64,000 bases of DNA from Candidatus Babeliales bacterium (GTDB taxonomy: Bacteria; Babelota; Babeliae; Babelales; JACPOV01): the NCBI GenBank assembly GCA_050250855.1, contig JBFWNW010000004.1, positions 96,001-160,000 of the forward strand. The letters run 5' to 3'. A program made the position numbers and the translations under genes. This document shows, piece after piece, positions 28,677 through 38,944 of this stretch (the first letter of the stretch is position 1; every line of letters begins with the position of its first letter). Below the pieces are notes generated by a model. It searched no databases. It was given only the letters and a program-made list of their open reading frames with translations, and was not told where the DNA came from.

Positions 28677-30266
28677 ATGATAGCTGGACTAAGAAATTTT
28701 TTTAAAGAAAAGACTGAGCAAGAAAAATTTGATGAACATTATAAAACGCTTTTTTTGCAAGGGCGCATGATATTTGCAGGTACTCTTTTGCAGCGTGCCG
28801 CAAAGGCGTATCCAGAGAATGTAGCACTTATTTGCAGAAATGTTTCTATTACCTATAAAGATCTATACGCAAAAGCGATATGCATTAGTAAAAAATTAAT
28901 GAGCATGGGCGTGCAGCCAGGGGATCGTATTATTGTTCTTATAGAGAATTCTCTAGAGTTTTATATGGCCTATTATGGAGCATGGCAGACCGGTGCTGTG
29001 GTAGCGCCGTTAAATACTTTTTTACACGAGCAAGAACTGAACCACATTATTCAGGATGCGCAACCAAAGGCAATGATTATTTCTAACTCCTTTGCCGAGC
29101 GCTTACAACAGTTTGATGGTAAACATTTACCACCATATTTTACAGAAAATGATTTTGAAAAAATTTTTGCTGAGCCCTGTGACGTTACAAACTTTGTTAT
29201 TCCTGAGCGTCCAGCGGAGGAAATGGCTGCACTATTGTATACTTCTGGCACCACTGGTTTTCCCAAAGGCGTTATGTTGAGTTCAAAAAATATTTTAACC
29301 AATATAGTACAAGGTATTTGCCGCGCTGATATTGTTCCGACTGATAGAATTTATGCAGCGTTGCCTCTTTTTCATAGCTTTGCAGAATTTGCGTGTGTAT
29401 GGGGAAGTTTTTTTCTTGGTGGCACCACCATTGTAATTCCTCGTATTGATAGAAGATATTTAATGGAGGGATTTACGCATAAACCAACAATTGTTGCAGG
29501 TGTTCCGGCATTATATGGTTTATTTTGTCTAATAAAAACGATTAATTTTGATTCGGTTCGTTATTTTGTCTGTGGTGGTGATGCATTGCCAGATAAAATT
29601 AGAATAGGTTTTGAAATGATTTATCGTCGCAGAATGTGTAATGGTTATGGCCTTACAGAAACATCTCCTTTAATTGCGGTTAATTTAGAAGATGAGCTTC
29701 TTGCGCCAAATACTGTTGGTAAAGTTTCTATTGGCATTCAATGTTCATTGCGTGATGAACAGGGTAATGAAGTACCAAAAGGACAAAAGGGTGTTTTATG
29801 GGTTAAAGGTGATAATGTAATGCTTGGTTATTACAAAGCACCTGAAATGACCAATCAAGTTCTTAAAGATGGTTGGCTTGATACGGGTGATTGGGCATAT
29901 TTTGATGCTAAAAATCGCCTGGTCATAGCAGGGCGACATAAAGATTTGATTATAAGTAAAGGCTTTAACGTATATCCTCAAGAAATTGAAAATATTCTTA
30001 TGAGCCATCCTGCGGTAATAAATGCTGCTGTGGTTGGCAAAAAAGACGTTGATGTAGGAGAGTATCCGGTAGCATTTGTTGTTTTACGTGAAACAATAAA
30101 TGATCCAGAGGCTGTTTTGCGTAAATTATGCCAGGACCATTTGGCTTCCTATAAAATTCCTCGCCACTATTTTGTGTTAAAGCAAGAAGAGCTTCCTCTT
30201 ACGCCGCTCAAAAAGATTGATAAAAAGAAATTGCGTAAAGATTTCCTAGAGCAAAAAAAGAGTTAA
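28677..30266 (+). CDS. Long-chain fatty acid-CoA ligase (AMP-binding)
   Basis: YTSGTTGFPKG, GYGLTE, TGD and NVYPQEIE. ATG 28677 follows AGGAG. Confidence 0.92.
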   Translation: MIAGLRNFFKEKTEQEKFDEHYKTLFLQGRMIFAGTLLQRAAKAYPENVALICRNVSITYKDLYAKAICISKKLMSMGVQPGDRIIVLIENSLEFYMAYYGAWQTGAVVAPLNTFLHEQELNHIIQDAQPKAMIISNSFAERLQQFDGKHLPPYFTENDFEKIFAEPCDVTNFVIPERPAEEMAALLYTSGTTGFPKGVMLSSKNILTNIVQGICRADIVPTDRIYAALPLFHSFAEFACVWGSFFLGGTTIVIPRIDRRYLMEGFTHKPTIVAGVPALYGLFCLIKTINFDSVRYFVCGGDALPDKIRIGFEMIYRRRMCNGYGLTETSPLIAVNLEDELLAPNTVGKVSIGIQCSLRDEQGNEVPKGQKGVLWVKGDNVMLGYYKAPEMTNQVLKDGWLDTGDWAYFDAKNRLVIAGRHKDLIISKGFNVYPQEIENILMSHPAVINAAVVGKKDVDVGEYPVAFVVLRETINDPEAVLRKLCQDHLASYKIPRHYFVLKQEELPLTPLKKIDKKKLRKDFLEQKKS

Positions 30267-30267
30267 T

Positions 30268-31353
30268 ATGAAAAAGATAGCTCATATTATTTCAAGCCTT
30301 AAGCGTGGCGGAGCAGAAAGCCTTTTAGTGGATCTTCTGGCCGATCTAGGTCATTATGAACATCATGTTATTTTTTTTCATGATGGTCCCAATCGAGAGC
30401 GTTTGCATGAATTGGGTATAAAGACTTATCAGGTCAAAGGATTATTATTTTTGTATGATCCTATTTTCTTTATACGTTTGTATCAATTAGTTAAGTTGTT
30501 AAAGCCGGATTGCATGCATACTGCTTTGTGGATTGCAAATTTTGCCGGACGGATTATCGCAAAAATGCTTGCTATTCCCTTGGTATCAGTTATTCATCTG
30601 GGGATTCATCAAGATGGTAAAATCAGAAATATCTTGGATAGCTTTACGTTTGGGCTTAGTCAAAAAATTATAGCCGTTTCTGATGAGGTTGCCGAATCTC
30701 TTGAAGAAAAGAACTGGGTGCCCGCTTCTAGCATTACTGTCATTAAGAATGGTATTTCAAAAGAACGCGTATTAAGGCAGGCAACTAAAGATCCCTTAAC
30801 GCGCCAAGAGCTAGGTATTGCTGATGATGCGTTTGTTATTGGTTCAGTCGGGCGCTTTATTGCACGAAAAAATTTTGAGCTGTTGCTTGACGCTTTTGCA
30901 GACGTTGCTCCTAAGATTCCTCATGCAGTATTGGTGCTCGTTGGCTTTGGGCCTTTGGAGCAGATTCTCAGAAAACGTGCCTTTGATTTAGGAATAGATC
31001 GTAAGGTTCACTTTGTTGTTGGCCGTTCTGCCTATGGATGTTATCCGTTGTTTGATTGTTTTGTGTTGCCATCTTTGCAAGAGGGGCTTTCTATAGCATT
31101 ATTAGAGGCTTTGTGCTTTGGCTTACCGGTCATTGTTACCGGTTTTAACGGTTTGCATGAAGTTATTACCACCGGCAAAGAAGGATATGTGATAAATGCT
31201 GGCAATAAAGAGCAACTTTCTGAAAAGATTCTTGCCTTGGCGGATAATGGATGCAGGGCTTCTATGAAAAGCGCATCATTGGATCTTGTTGAGACTCGTT
31301 TTTCCATGAAGAGCATGAGCAAGCACTACGATAACTTTTTTGGACAGCTTTGA
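30268..31353 (+). CDS. Glycosyltransferase family 4
   Basis: GGAE, VGR, RKN and EGLSIALLEA. Confidence 0.92.
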   Translation: MKKIAHIISSLKRGGAESLLVDLLADLGHYEHHVIFFHDGPNRERLHELGIKTYQVKGLLFLYDPIFFIRLYQLVKLLKPDCMHTALWIANFAGRIIAKMLAIPLVSVIHLGIHQDGKIRNILDSFTFGLSQKIIAVSDEVAESLEEKNWVPASSITVIKNGISKERVLRQATKDPLTRQELGIADDAFVIGSVGRFIARKNFELLLDAFADVAPKIPHAVLVLVGFGPLEQILRKRAFDLGIDRKVHFVVGRSAYGCYPLFDCFVLPSLQEGLSIALLEALCFGLPVIVTGFNGLHEVITTGKEGYVINAGNKEQLSEKILALADNGCRASMKSASLDLVETRFSMKSMSKHYDNFFGQL

Positions 31354-31507
31354 TTTTCAATTAGTATTATATGTTGACAATCTTATGGTAAAAAATTTAA
31401 AATAAATAAGCATAGGTCCTTTGATTTTTGACAAAGAAAAAAATTTGATTTTTAACCTTAATTGATGTACCTTAAGGTAACTAAATTAACTCTGATAACC
31501 TCCATTT

Positions 31508-31545
31508 CCCCTATCCATGACGTTCTGTCAGGATGGGGGTTTCTT
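31508..31545. terminator. Hairpin, putative terminator between convergent genes
   Basis: CCCCTATCCATGAC-gttct-GTCAGGATGGGGG followed by TTTCTT. Confidence 0.55.
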
Positions 31546-31549
31546 ATTT

Positions 31550-32524
31550 CTATAGTTCAGCTACTACTTTAATGTGCGGAGTTGCGATGTTTTTTGTCAT
31601 AGTTGGCTCTTCGTGAGCATAAAAGTTTTTGGTTAAATATGCTCTGCCAGAGTCTCCAAAGATCATAACGCAAAGTGCATCATTAGGAAGATTTTTAGCA
31701 TATTGGCTAGCCGCATAAGCAACAGCACCGCTGCTCGGTCCTACCAAAAGGCCATGATTGAGGGCTAATGTTTTGAGCATTGTTAATGCATGGTCGTCTG
31801 ACACACCAATAATCTCATCAATAACTGTTTTATTTAACACAGGAGAATCAAAATCTATGCCTATTCCTTCTATTTTATAGGGTTTTGGATTTCCTTTTGT
31901 TAAATACCAAGAGTTTTCAGAATCCAAGGCAATTACTTTAATAGATGGATTCTTTTCTTTCAAATAGCGACCTGCGCCACTTATGTGGCCTCCTGTGCCG
32001 GCTGCCGCAAAAAGGTGGGTTATTTTGCCTTCTGTTTGTTCCCAAAGTTCAGGCCCCAATGAGCGGTAATGCGCTTCTGAATTGGAAAGATTAAAATATT
32101 GATTAGGCATGAATGAGTTAGGGGTTGCTTTATGAAGTTCAACCGCTTTAGCATGATAGCTTTCAGGATCTTCTAAAGAGCTTGTTGGTTTGCATATAAT
32201 AGTTTGAGCACCATATGCTCTGATTGCTTGTAATTTTTCTAAGCTTATTTTTTCAGAAACGGTGATAATAACTTTATAGCCCTTCATGGCACCAATCATG
32301 GCGGTTGCTATGCCCTGGTTGCCCGATGAAGCATCAATAATGGTACCGCCAGGCTTGAGTTGTCCAGTTCGCTCAGCTTCTTCGATCATAAAAAGTGCAG
32401 AACGGTCTTTTATGCTACCGCCTGGATTAAGATATTCTAATTTAGCAAGGACAGTTGCTTTTGTTTTGAAATCTACGTTAACAAGAGGAGTATTGCCTAT
32501 GGCTTTTGTAAGAGATTTATGCAT
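31550..32524 (-). CDS. PLP-dependent cysteine synthase / cystathionine beta-synthase family protein
   Basis: NPGGSIKDR, SSGNQG, GTGG, KIEGIG and SSGA. Confidence 0.93.
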   Translation of the reverse strand: MHKSLTKAIGNTPLVNVDFKTKATVLAKLEYLNPGGSIKDRSALFMIEEAERTGQLKPGGTIIDASSGNQGIATAMIGAMKGYKVIITVSEKISLEKLQAIRAYGAQTIICKPTSSLEDPESYHAKAVELHKATPNSFMPNQYFNLSNSEAHYRSLGPELWEQTEGKITHLFAAAGTGGHISGAGRYLKEKNPSIKVIALDSENSWYLTKGNPKPYKIEGIGIDFDSPVLNKTVIDEIIGVSDDHALTMLKTLALNHGLLVGPSSGAVAYAASQYAKNLPNDALCVMIFGDSGRAYLTKNFYAHEEPTMTKNIATPHIKVVAEL

Positions 32525-32602
32525 ATAGTTCCTTAATGTTTTTTGAAAATTAGTTTTAAATAAGCAATAGTTTTGTCAGTGTAACATTATTGCATTCACT
32601 GT

Positions 32603-33739
32603 CTACTTGGTGTTAATGTTTTGGTAAAGCTGAATGTGCTTTTCAATCATAGTATCAATGGTAAAATCATCTAACTGATCATGATACGCACTAAGTGTGC
32701 GATATAAATCATTATTACTTGATAAAGCTATCATGCCATGTGCTAAAGATTGCCAAGATTTTGGTTTATATAAATAGCCATTTACGCCATCCATAACAAC
32801 ATCATGAATGCCGCCAGTATTATATGAAAGTATTGGTAGTTGCATTAAGCGTGCTTCTACAACTGCACAAGGAAGACCTTCCCATAAAGAACTTAAAACA
32901 AAAGCATTCCATTGTTGTAAAAATTGCGCGACATTAGTTTGCCAGCCATGGAGTTTTACTGCATTGCTTAAGTTGTTTTCTTTAATCCATTGCTCAAGGG
33001 CTTCTCTTTGTTTGCCATCGCCAATTATTTCAAGTATTACATGAGGGTTTTTGCTATGACATTCTTTAAAGGCATAAAGAAGATCAAAAAGATTTTTTTG
33101 CTTTTTAAAACATGAAATAGTACCAAATACAAAGGGCTGAGAGGAAAAAGTTTTTTTACTGGGAATGAATTTTTCTTGGTCAACGCTTGCGCGAATGATT
33201 GAATATTTTTTACTAAAAAATGGTAACAGTTTAATACCAACTTTAACGTCATATGAAGATACGCATATGTAATGGGTGGTAATCAATGATGTAATGAGCT
33301 CTAGAAAATAATTAACGAGCCATCCTAGTTTATGCTGGTAAGGATGAAATCCAAAACCATGTACCGTGTGTATACGGTTTGCCACGCCAGCGAACAATGC
33401 AGCCCATCTACCGACTAAACCAGCTTTTGTGCTATGAGTGTGGACAATAAGATCAGGAAACTTTTTTTTAATGTTTCTAATATGCTGAATAACAGTAAAA
33501 AAGTTTTTAATTTCAGTTACCAGCTGCCAAAATGAAACCTCTCTTTTTAATGAATCGAGTAAATAAATAGAAGGGGTTTGCGTAATGCTTTCTGCCAAGG
33601 TCCCCTCTTTGCCAGAAAGCAAAAAGGTTTCATGGTTGCTCTCTTTTAGATTATTAAAGAGCGAAAGACATATTTTTTGTGCACCACCAAGTTCTAATTT
33701 TGTGATGATGTAAAGTACATGAAGCTCCTTTTTTTTCAT
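32603..33739 (-). CDS. Glycosyltransferase family 4
   Basis: LGGAQ, HTHSTKAG, HTVHG and WEGLPCAVVEA. Confidence 0.92.
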   Translation of the reverse strand: MKKKELHVLYIITKLELGGAQKICLSLFNNLKESNHETFLLSGKEGTLAESITQTPSIYLLDSLKREVSFWQLVTEIKNFFTVIQHIRNIKKKFPDLIVHTHSTKAGLVGRWAALFAGVANRIHTVHGFGFHPYQHKLGWLVNYFLELITSLITTHYICVSSYDVKVGIKLLPFFSKKYSIIRASVDQEKFIPSKKTFSSQPFVFGTISCFKKQKNLFDLLYAFKECHSKNPHVILEIIGDGKQREALEQWIKENNLSNAVKLHGWQTNVAQFLQQWNAFVLSSLWEGLPCAVVEARLMQLPILSYNTGGIHDVVMDGVNGYLYKPKSWQSLAHGMIALSSNNDLYRTLSAYHDQLDDFTIDTMIEKHIQLYQNINTK

Positions 33740-33767
33740 ATAATTCTTTCACTGCATAGATTTTTTC

Positions 33768-34724
33768 TTATCGTAGAAAGATGATGAGAATAGCCGTAAG
33801 CAGAGCATAGACTGCCGCAGCATCTATAATTCCCTGTCCAAACATACTCGTTTGAGACAAGATACTGTAATGCTCAGGGTTGGATGAAATTTTTTCACAA
33901 GCTTTTGATGCCAATTTGCTTGAACTTAAACTTGGTCCCAATGTACCAATTCCTATACACAAAGCTGCTGCTACTGCTCGAATTGAAGTAAGAGTAGTCG
34001 GTTCATTTATTGGTATTAATAAAACAAGTGAAACAGCAAAAGCAAAGATTAATGGTGTTTCTATGATTCCTTCGCTCATAAGAGTAAAGGGTAATATTTT
34101 TGCATAAGAACTACGGTTAACACTAATGCCTTTACATGCTTGTTCTGCGAAGATTGAAAGTCCTATTGCAGGGCCTATTGAACCTATTCCTATAGCAAGT
34201 CCTGCGGCAAGAAGCTGAAATGCTTGTGCCGTAGTTTCTAGTGAAGTAACTTGAGCTTTTATAAGAAGAGCAACTAAAAAGCCAAAAAGAACTGAACTTT
34301 GAATAACAGATTGTGTAATGAACATAAGGTTAAGAATATTTTGACTAAAGAATGGTTGTCTTGCAATAGCATAGCAGGTGCTTTTTACCGGGAGGGCTGA
34401 AATAATTCCTACAACAAAACTAGTAATACCAATTGCAAAGGTAATGCCAAGTTCTGCAATGCTATTAGAAAGGCTATGTACAAGGTGTTCAGGAGTTTTT
34501 AGAAAAAGAATAATAGTAATGATGAGCGCTAAAATGGTAGAAGTTTCTATCAGAGCAAGACCAATAAGAGATGCTCGAACAATTTCAGATTTTGCACGAG
34601 GTTGAATATTCAGAGCTTGCATAGAAGCTACGCTGCTTATTCCTCCTCCTATGGCACCACCCAGAACGCATAGTACGGTAATAAGAAAAATACTAGTAAC
34701 ATGTAGTAATATAGCTATTTCCAT
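33768..34724 (-). CDS. atpE: ATP synthase Fo subunit c, four fused hairpin repeats
   Basis: Four Gly-rich hairpins with loops IQP, RQP, VNR and SNP. Downstream of atpB. Confidence 0.9.
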   Translation of the reverse strand: MEIAILLHVTSIFLITVLCVLGGAIGGGISSVASMQALNIQPRAKSEIVRASLIGLALIETSTILALIITIILFLKTPEHLVHSLSNSIAELGITFAIGITSFVVGIISALPVKSTCYAIARQPFFSQNILNLMFITQSVIQSSVLFGFLVALLIKAQVTSLETTAQAFQLLAAGLAIGIGSIGPAIGLSIFAEQACKGISVNRSSYAKILPFTLMSEGIIETPLIFAFAVSLVLLIPINEPTTLTSIRAVAAALCIGIGTLGPSLSSSKLASKACEKISSNPEHYSILSQTSMFGQGIIDAAAVYALLTAILIIFLR

Positions 34725-34726
34725 AA

Positions 34727-35467
34727 TTACGATTCTTCCGTATGTTCTTCTTGAATTGAAAGGGCAAGATACGTCAATGAAAGCATAGCAAAGACATATG
34801 CTTGAATAGCGCCGTCAAAAATTACAAAAAAAGTTAGAATTACAAAATTTAATCCAGAGATAAGGCCAGCCGTTTGAAGGATAACTGATCCTCCTATTAG
34901 CGTTCTATAAAGCTCTACAATAATAGATCCTGCAAAAATGTTACCAAAAAGACGGAAAGAAAGAGATATAATTTTTGAAAAATGACCAATTACATTAATA
35001 GGAAACATCAAGAAAAATGGAGTACAAAATTCTTTTAAATATCCCCAGCGTTGATGCTTTATGGCATAAAAATCTTTATAAAAAAATGCTATTAAAGCGA
35101 GCCCAAGTGTAGTATTAAGATCTTGTGTTGGTTCATGAGCCCATGGAATAACGCCAATAAAGTTGCACGTTAAGATGAACAAAAATATAGAAAATATAAA
35201 ACTAAAATGATTATAAGCAAAGTAGCCTATAGTTTGGGAGACCAACTCAACAAACGAATTGATGCTTGAGAGGATAAGATACCGTGCAACATTTTGTTTT
35301 CGTTCAATGATGAGCCGACAAAGAATAACTAAACCCGTAAGGAGTAAGAGAACAAACCAGGTATGAATTACTGTTTGACTATTTATTTCTAGGAATGAAG
35401 AATCGATACCAAAAAATGTGCCAAGGTTCCACGTCTTTTGTTCAAGGGAATCAAATTCAACTGCCAT
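34727..35467 (-). CDS. atpB: ATP synthase Fo subunit a
   Basis: PTQDLNTT, SLSFRLFGNIFAG and IQAYVFAML. Confidence 0.96.
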   Translation of the reverse strand: MAVEFDSLEQKTWNLGTFFGIDSSFLEINSQTVIHTWFVLLLLTGLVILCRLIIERKQNVARYLILSSINSFVELVSQTIGYFAYNHFSFIFSIFLFILTCNFIGVIPWAHEPTQDLNTTLGLALIAFFYKDFYAIKHQRWGYLKEFCTPFFLMFPINVIGHFSKIISLSFRLFGNIFAGSIIVELYRTLIGGSVILQTAGLISGLNFVILTFFVIFDGAIQAYVFAMLSLTYLALSIQEEHTEES

Positions 35468-35726
35468 TCAGGACCTTATTATTTAAAATAGTTAACCATG
35501 CACCAATAAAAAATGGTGTTACTATGAGTATAAAGGGGACTGAGGGGCTTTTCAATAGATAAAAAAATATTCCTGTTATTGCGATTATTCGCAGAAATGA
35601 AAAAGCGCTACTGTATAAGAAGGGATAGTTAGAAGTAAGAGAGCGGGCTTTCGTCCATTTGAACGAAAGCCCGTATATAATGCCGATTAATATGCTTAGT
35701 AGGGGTAAAACAAAGGAGTTTAGCAT
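35457..35726 (-). CDS. Small membrane protein, AtpI/AtpR-like by position
   Basis: 89 aa, three TM segments, overlaps the atpB start. Confidence 0.6.
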   Translation of the reverse strand: MLNSFVLPLLSILIGIIYGLSFKWTKARSLTSNYPFLYSSAFSFLRIIAITGIFFYLLKSPSVPFILIVTPFFIGAWLTILNNKVLNGS

Positions 35727-35732
35727 GATGCT

Positions 35733-37157
35733 TTATAGTTTCTTAATCCCTTTGTTATGCCAGTATTCTGCGATGATAGATTGAGATCCTGAAATTACAA
35801 TAAGACCATGTCTTTCATCGACAGATTGTTTTGCAAGGTCAAAAGCTTCTTGGAAATTAGCAGCAGATTTTGCTTTAATTTTTAAGCTTTTAACATCATT
35901 TGTTATTTGCTCAACATCCCATGATTTCTCTACAAGACCAGGAACTGCTTCTGAAATAGGACAGAAAATAATAGTTGCTGAGTTTTTCTTGGTAAAGTAG
36001 CGAAGAAGTTTTAAGAATTCTTCAGTATTCATCAAGTTTTTATCACAAGCAAATATGAATGCAAGTCCTTTTAGTGGTCTTTGGTAATGCATTAAGCGAA
36101 TACCAAGAAGAAGATTCTCAAGGGCATCAACGTTGCGCGCTACATCAAGTAAAATTGATGGTTTCTCTTTATCAAGAAGTTGGAAGCGTGCAGGAAGTTG
36201 AGACGTTGTTTCTTTCCAGAATTGCTCAAGTGTTTTTTTAGGATTAAGTTCAGCATGGCGCTTAGCTTCTAGCGTAGGACGACCACGTTGACCTTTTTGC
36301 TTAATTAACAAGCTATGTTCTGTAACAATTGCTTCTTCTATGAATTCATCAACAAAGATTTGGCAAATTCGTTCAGCAAGTGCCGCACAGCGGCCATGAA
36401 GTTGTTCAAAAGGATAATTTAATGTAGCAAGTTTACGAATAGGCATAGCCCATGTTGCACCAACACGTTTTGCTTCATCTATCATAACTTGTAAGTTTGC
36501 CTTACTTTGATCTGCAGAAACTATGTGAGTTTCGCTTGTTATATTGACCAATAAATCCTTTATGATAGCATCCAGAGATTTTTCTTGATGAGGAAGCGTG
36601 TTATCAGTAACGCGAGTTATCGCAACAACTTTCGGACTGCAGATAGTAAAAGGATCAAATCCTGAACGCTCACGCATTTCAAGAAGAGCTATATCTACAT
36701 TTTGTTGTTTGAAATAAACGAGAGCTATTGCCGCTAAAATATCAAGCGTGCTTGCTTTAAGGTTATTTATTTCTGCAGTATTAATAACTTCGTTTGCAAT
36801 TTCAGTAAACGTTTTATTAGAAATACTTTCATTATTAAGGACAAATTGCTCATTGTAGGTTAATGTATGCGGTGTATAGAAAGCACCAACTTTATAACCT
36901 TCATTTTTTAAAAGAGTAGAAGCAAAATGTACTGTTAATCCTTTACCATTGGTTCCACCAATTAAGGCGATCTTGAGATCTTTTGATGGGTTGCCAAGAG
37001 CCTTATCAAGGGCTTTCATAGTAACTAAATCTTCTTTAGTGCGCGTTTTCCAGCGTGAATCCAAATATTCAGCTATTTCATTATAGCTGCGTTGGACGCC
37101 AGGGGTGATCTGTTTTGTGCTTGGTGTTTTTCGTGTGTTGATCATAATATTCTCCAC
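35733..37157 (-). CDS. FolC/Mur-ligase-fold protein with degenerate catalytic motifs
   Basis: GGTNGKG P-loop, YTPH, LPARFQ, LDVARN and ISGS. Canonical GLGG and AHN motifs are absent. Confidence 0.8.
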   Translation of the reverse strand: MENIMINTRKTPSTKQITPGVQRSYNEIAEYLDSRWKTRTKEDLVTMKALDKALGNPSKDLKIALIGGTNGKGLTVHFASTLLKNEGYKVGAFYTPHTLTYNEQFVLNNESISNKTFTEIANEVINTAEINNLKASTLDILAAIALVYFKQQNVDIALLEMRERSGFDPFTICSPKVVAITRVTDNTLPHQEKSLDAIIKDLLVNITSETHIVSADQSKANLQVMIDEAKRVGATWAMPIRKLATLNYPFEQLHGRCAALAERICQIFVDEFIEEAIVTEHSLLIKQKGQRGRPTLEAKRHAELNPKKTLEQFWKETTSQLPARFQLLDKEKPSILLDVARNVDALENLLLGIRLMHYQRPLKGLAFIFACDKNLMNTEEFLKLLRYFTKKNSATIIFCPISEAVPGLVEKSWDVEQITNDVKSLKIKAKSAANFQEAFDLAKQSVDERHGLIVISGSQSIIAEYWHNKGIKKL

Positions 37158-37353
37158 TCAAATTTAAGTATTAAACCTATATTCCTCCAAAACCTACCAT
37201 TTTTTTGAGAGAAAACTTATACCTAATTGGCCAATAGAACTATTTTCTATTTTGAACTAGATTAATTTTAATGATATACTTTAATTTAAAAATGTCAAAC
37301 TATAAATTTTAGTTTAAAAAGCTAAGGTATTTATTTACAAAAGATTAAAAAAG

Positions 37354-37968
37354 ATGAAAAAGCTATTTTATTGGGAAAATAAGGCAGATTTGCCACAAAT
37401 AGTAACATTGCTCAATGATGGAAACATTTCTATTTGTAACACTGATACTGTTCTTGGATTTTTGGCAAAAGTATCAGAGGATGCCTTTCGAAAAATAAAT
37501 AATCTTAAAGGGCGCCAGGAAAAGCCCTATATTGTTTTAGTTTCTTCGCCGCAAGAGGCTTCTGAGTGGGCTTGTCTAGAGCATGAAAAGGTTAAAAAAA
37601 TTATAGCCCGTTGCTGGCCTGGCCCTGTAACGTTGATTTTGTCCGCAAAGGATACATTGCCGCCCTATGCGCAATCTAAGAATAAGACGATAGCTCTTCG
37701 TATGCCCGCCCATGAAGGCTTATTATCGGTTATCAAACAAACAGGGCCACTTTTTTCTACCAGCGCCAATAAGGCAGGTGAGCCAGTGCCAGCTACTTTG
37801 CAGGATATTAATCCAGAAATTTTAGAGTCGATTGATTTTCTTGTTACAGATAGAAAACCTAAAGAAGAGGTTCTTCCTTCAACTATCATTGATTGTACGA
37901 ATCCTGATGATATTAAAATAATTCGGGCTGGTAGTTTTGCTAACGAATTGACGAGTTTGTTGCGATAA
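37354..37968 (+). CDS. tsaC: L-threonylcarbamoyladenylate synthase (TsaC/Sua5/YrdC)
   Basis: TDTVLG, KGR, WPGPVT, STSAN and PSTIID. Confidence 0.93.
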   Translation: MKKLFYWENKADLPQIVTLLNDGNISICNTDTVLGFLAKVSEDAFRKINNLKGRQEKPYIVLVSSPQEASEWACLEHEKVKKIIARCWPGPVTLILSAKDTLPPYAQSKNKTIALRMPAHEGLLSVIKQTGPLFSTSANKAGEPVPATLQDINPEILESIDFLVTDRKPKEEVLPSTIIDCTNPDDIKIIRAGSFANELTSLLR

Positions 37969-38078
37969 TTTTATGCGGATACAGCGCGCTTTTTTTAAAT
38001 GACTTATTAAAACTATTGCTTTTTGAGTAGTTGAGTTAGGTACAATAAAATCAAGTAGTTGAGGTTAGGGGGGAGAGG

Positions 38079-38570
38079 GTGATGAAAAGAGTGCGACATA
38101 TACACGGATTTACATTAATTGAGTTAATGATCGTCGTTGCTATAGTTGCATTCCTCTCTATGATCTCAATGCCAAGTTTCATGCGTTTTCTTTCAAAGGC
38201 AAAGCGTGCCGAGGCGTATATGAATCTTGGTTCACTTTCTATAGCTCAAAAAGCTTATCATGCCGAGCATGGCAAATTTACTCCAAATTTAAGTGGCGCA
38301 GAAAGTGTTGGTTGGAAACCAGAAGGTTATTCTGGTGGTGGTTCGGGAGAACGCTTTTATTATACGTATGGTTTTTCTGAAGGCCAAGAAGGCCAACAAC
38401 ATTTTACTGGAAAACTTAATACGCCAGCTTCTGACCTAAAACAAACGCAAGCAAGTAAAGATAAATTTACTGCAGCTGCGGCAGGAGATATTGATGGCGA
38501 TGGTCAACCAGATATTTTAACCGTCAATGAATATAATGATATAAAAATTGTCCAAGACGATTTGGCATGA
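38079..38570 (+). CDS. pilA: Type IV pilin
   Basis: G-FTLIELMIVVAIV prepilin motif, KAKRAEA, C-terminal GDIDGDG. Confidence 0.9.
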   Translation: MMKRVRHIHGFTLIELMIVVAIVAFLSMISMPSFMRFLSKAKRAEAYMNLGSLSIAQKAYHAEHGKFTPNLSGAESVGWKPEGYSGGGSGERFYYTYGFSEGQEGQQHFTGKLNTPASDLKQTQASKDKFTAAAAGDIDGDGQPDILTVNEYNDIKIVQDDLA

Positions 38571-38944
38571 AACTTTTTTTCTTTACCATTCTTTTTTTTT
38601 CTACTCTTTTTTTAAATGTTCTTTTGCAACCCTATATTGTTGCATGGAAAAACGAACAATGGTGGTATGTGCCAGCTTCATTATTTTTATCATACAAAAA
38701 TATAGCAGCAGATTATTATTGGCTGAAATTATTATCTGATAGTACTACGCGCCATTTTTATACTGATATAGATTATATTACTTCATTGGATGAATCGTTT
38801 GATATAGTGTATCGTTACGGTTTTATTGTATTGTATACGTATAAAAATAGAAAAGATTTAGCATTCCGGATTCTAAAAAAATATAAAAAAAATGGTGTGC
38901 AAAAAAGAACTTTTTTTTATATGAATGAGGCTAGATGCCCATAA
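38567..38944 (+). CDS. Pilin-associated hypothetical protein, possibly eroded
   Basis: ATGA overlap with pilA. N-terminal TM and AADYYWL...ITSLD-SF motif. Confidence 0.55.
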   Translation: MKLFFFTILFFSTLFLNVLLQPYIVAWKNEQWWYVPASLFLSYKNIAADYYWLKLLSDSTTRHFYTDIDYITSLDESFDIVYRYGFIVLYTYKNRKDLAFRILKKYKKNGVQKRTFFYMNEARCP

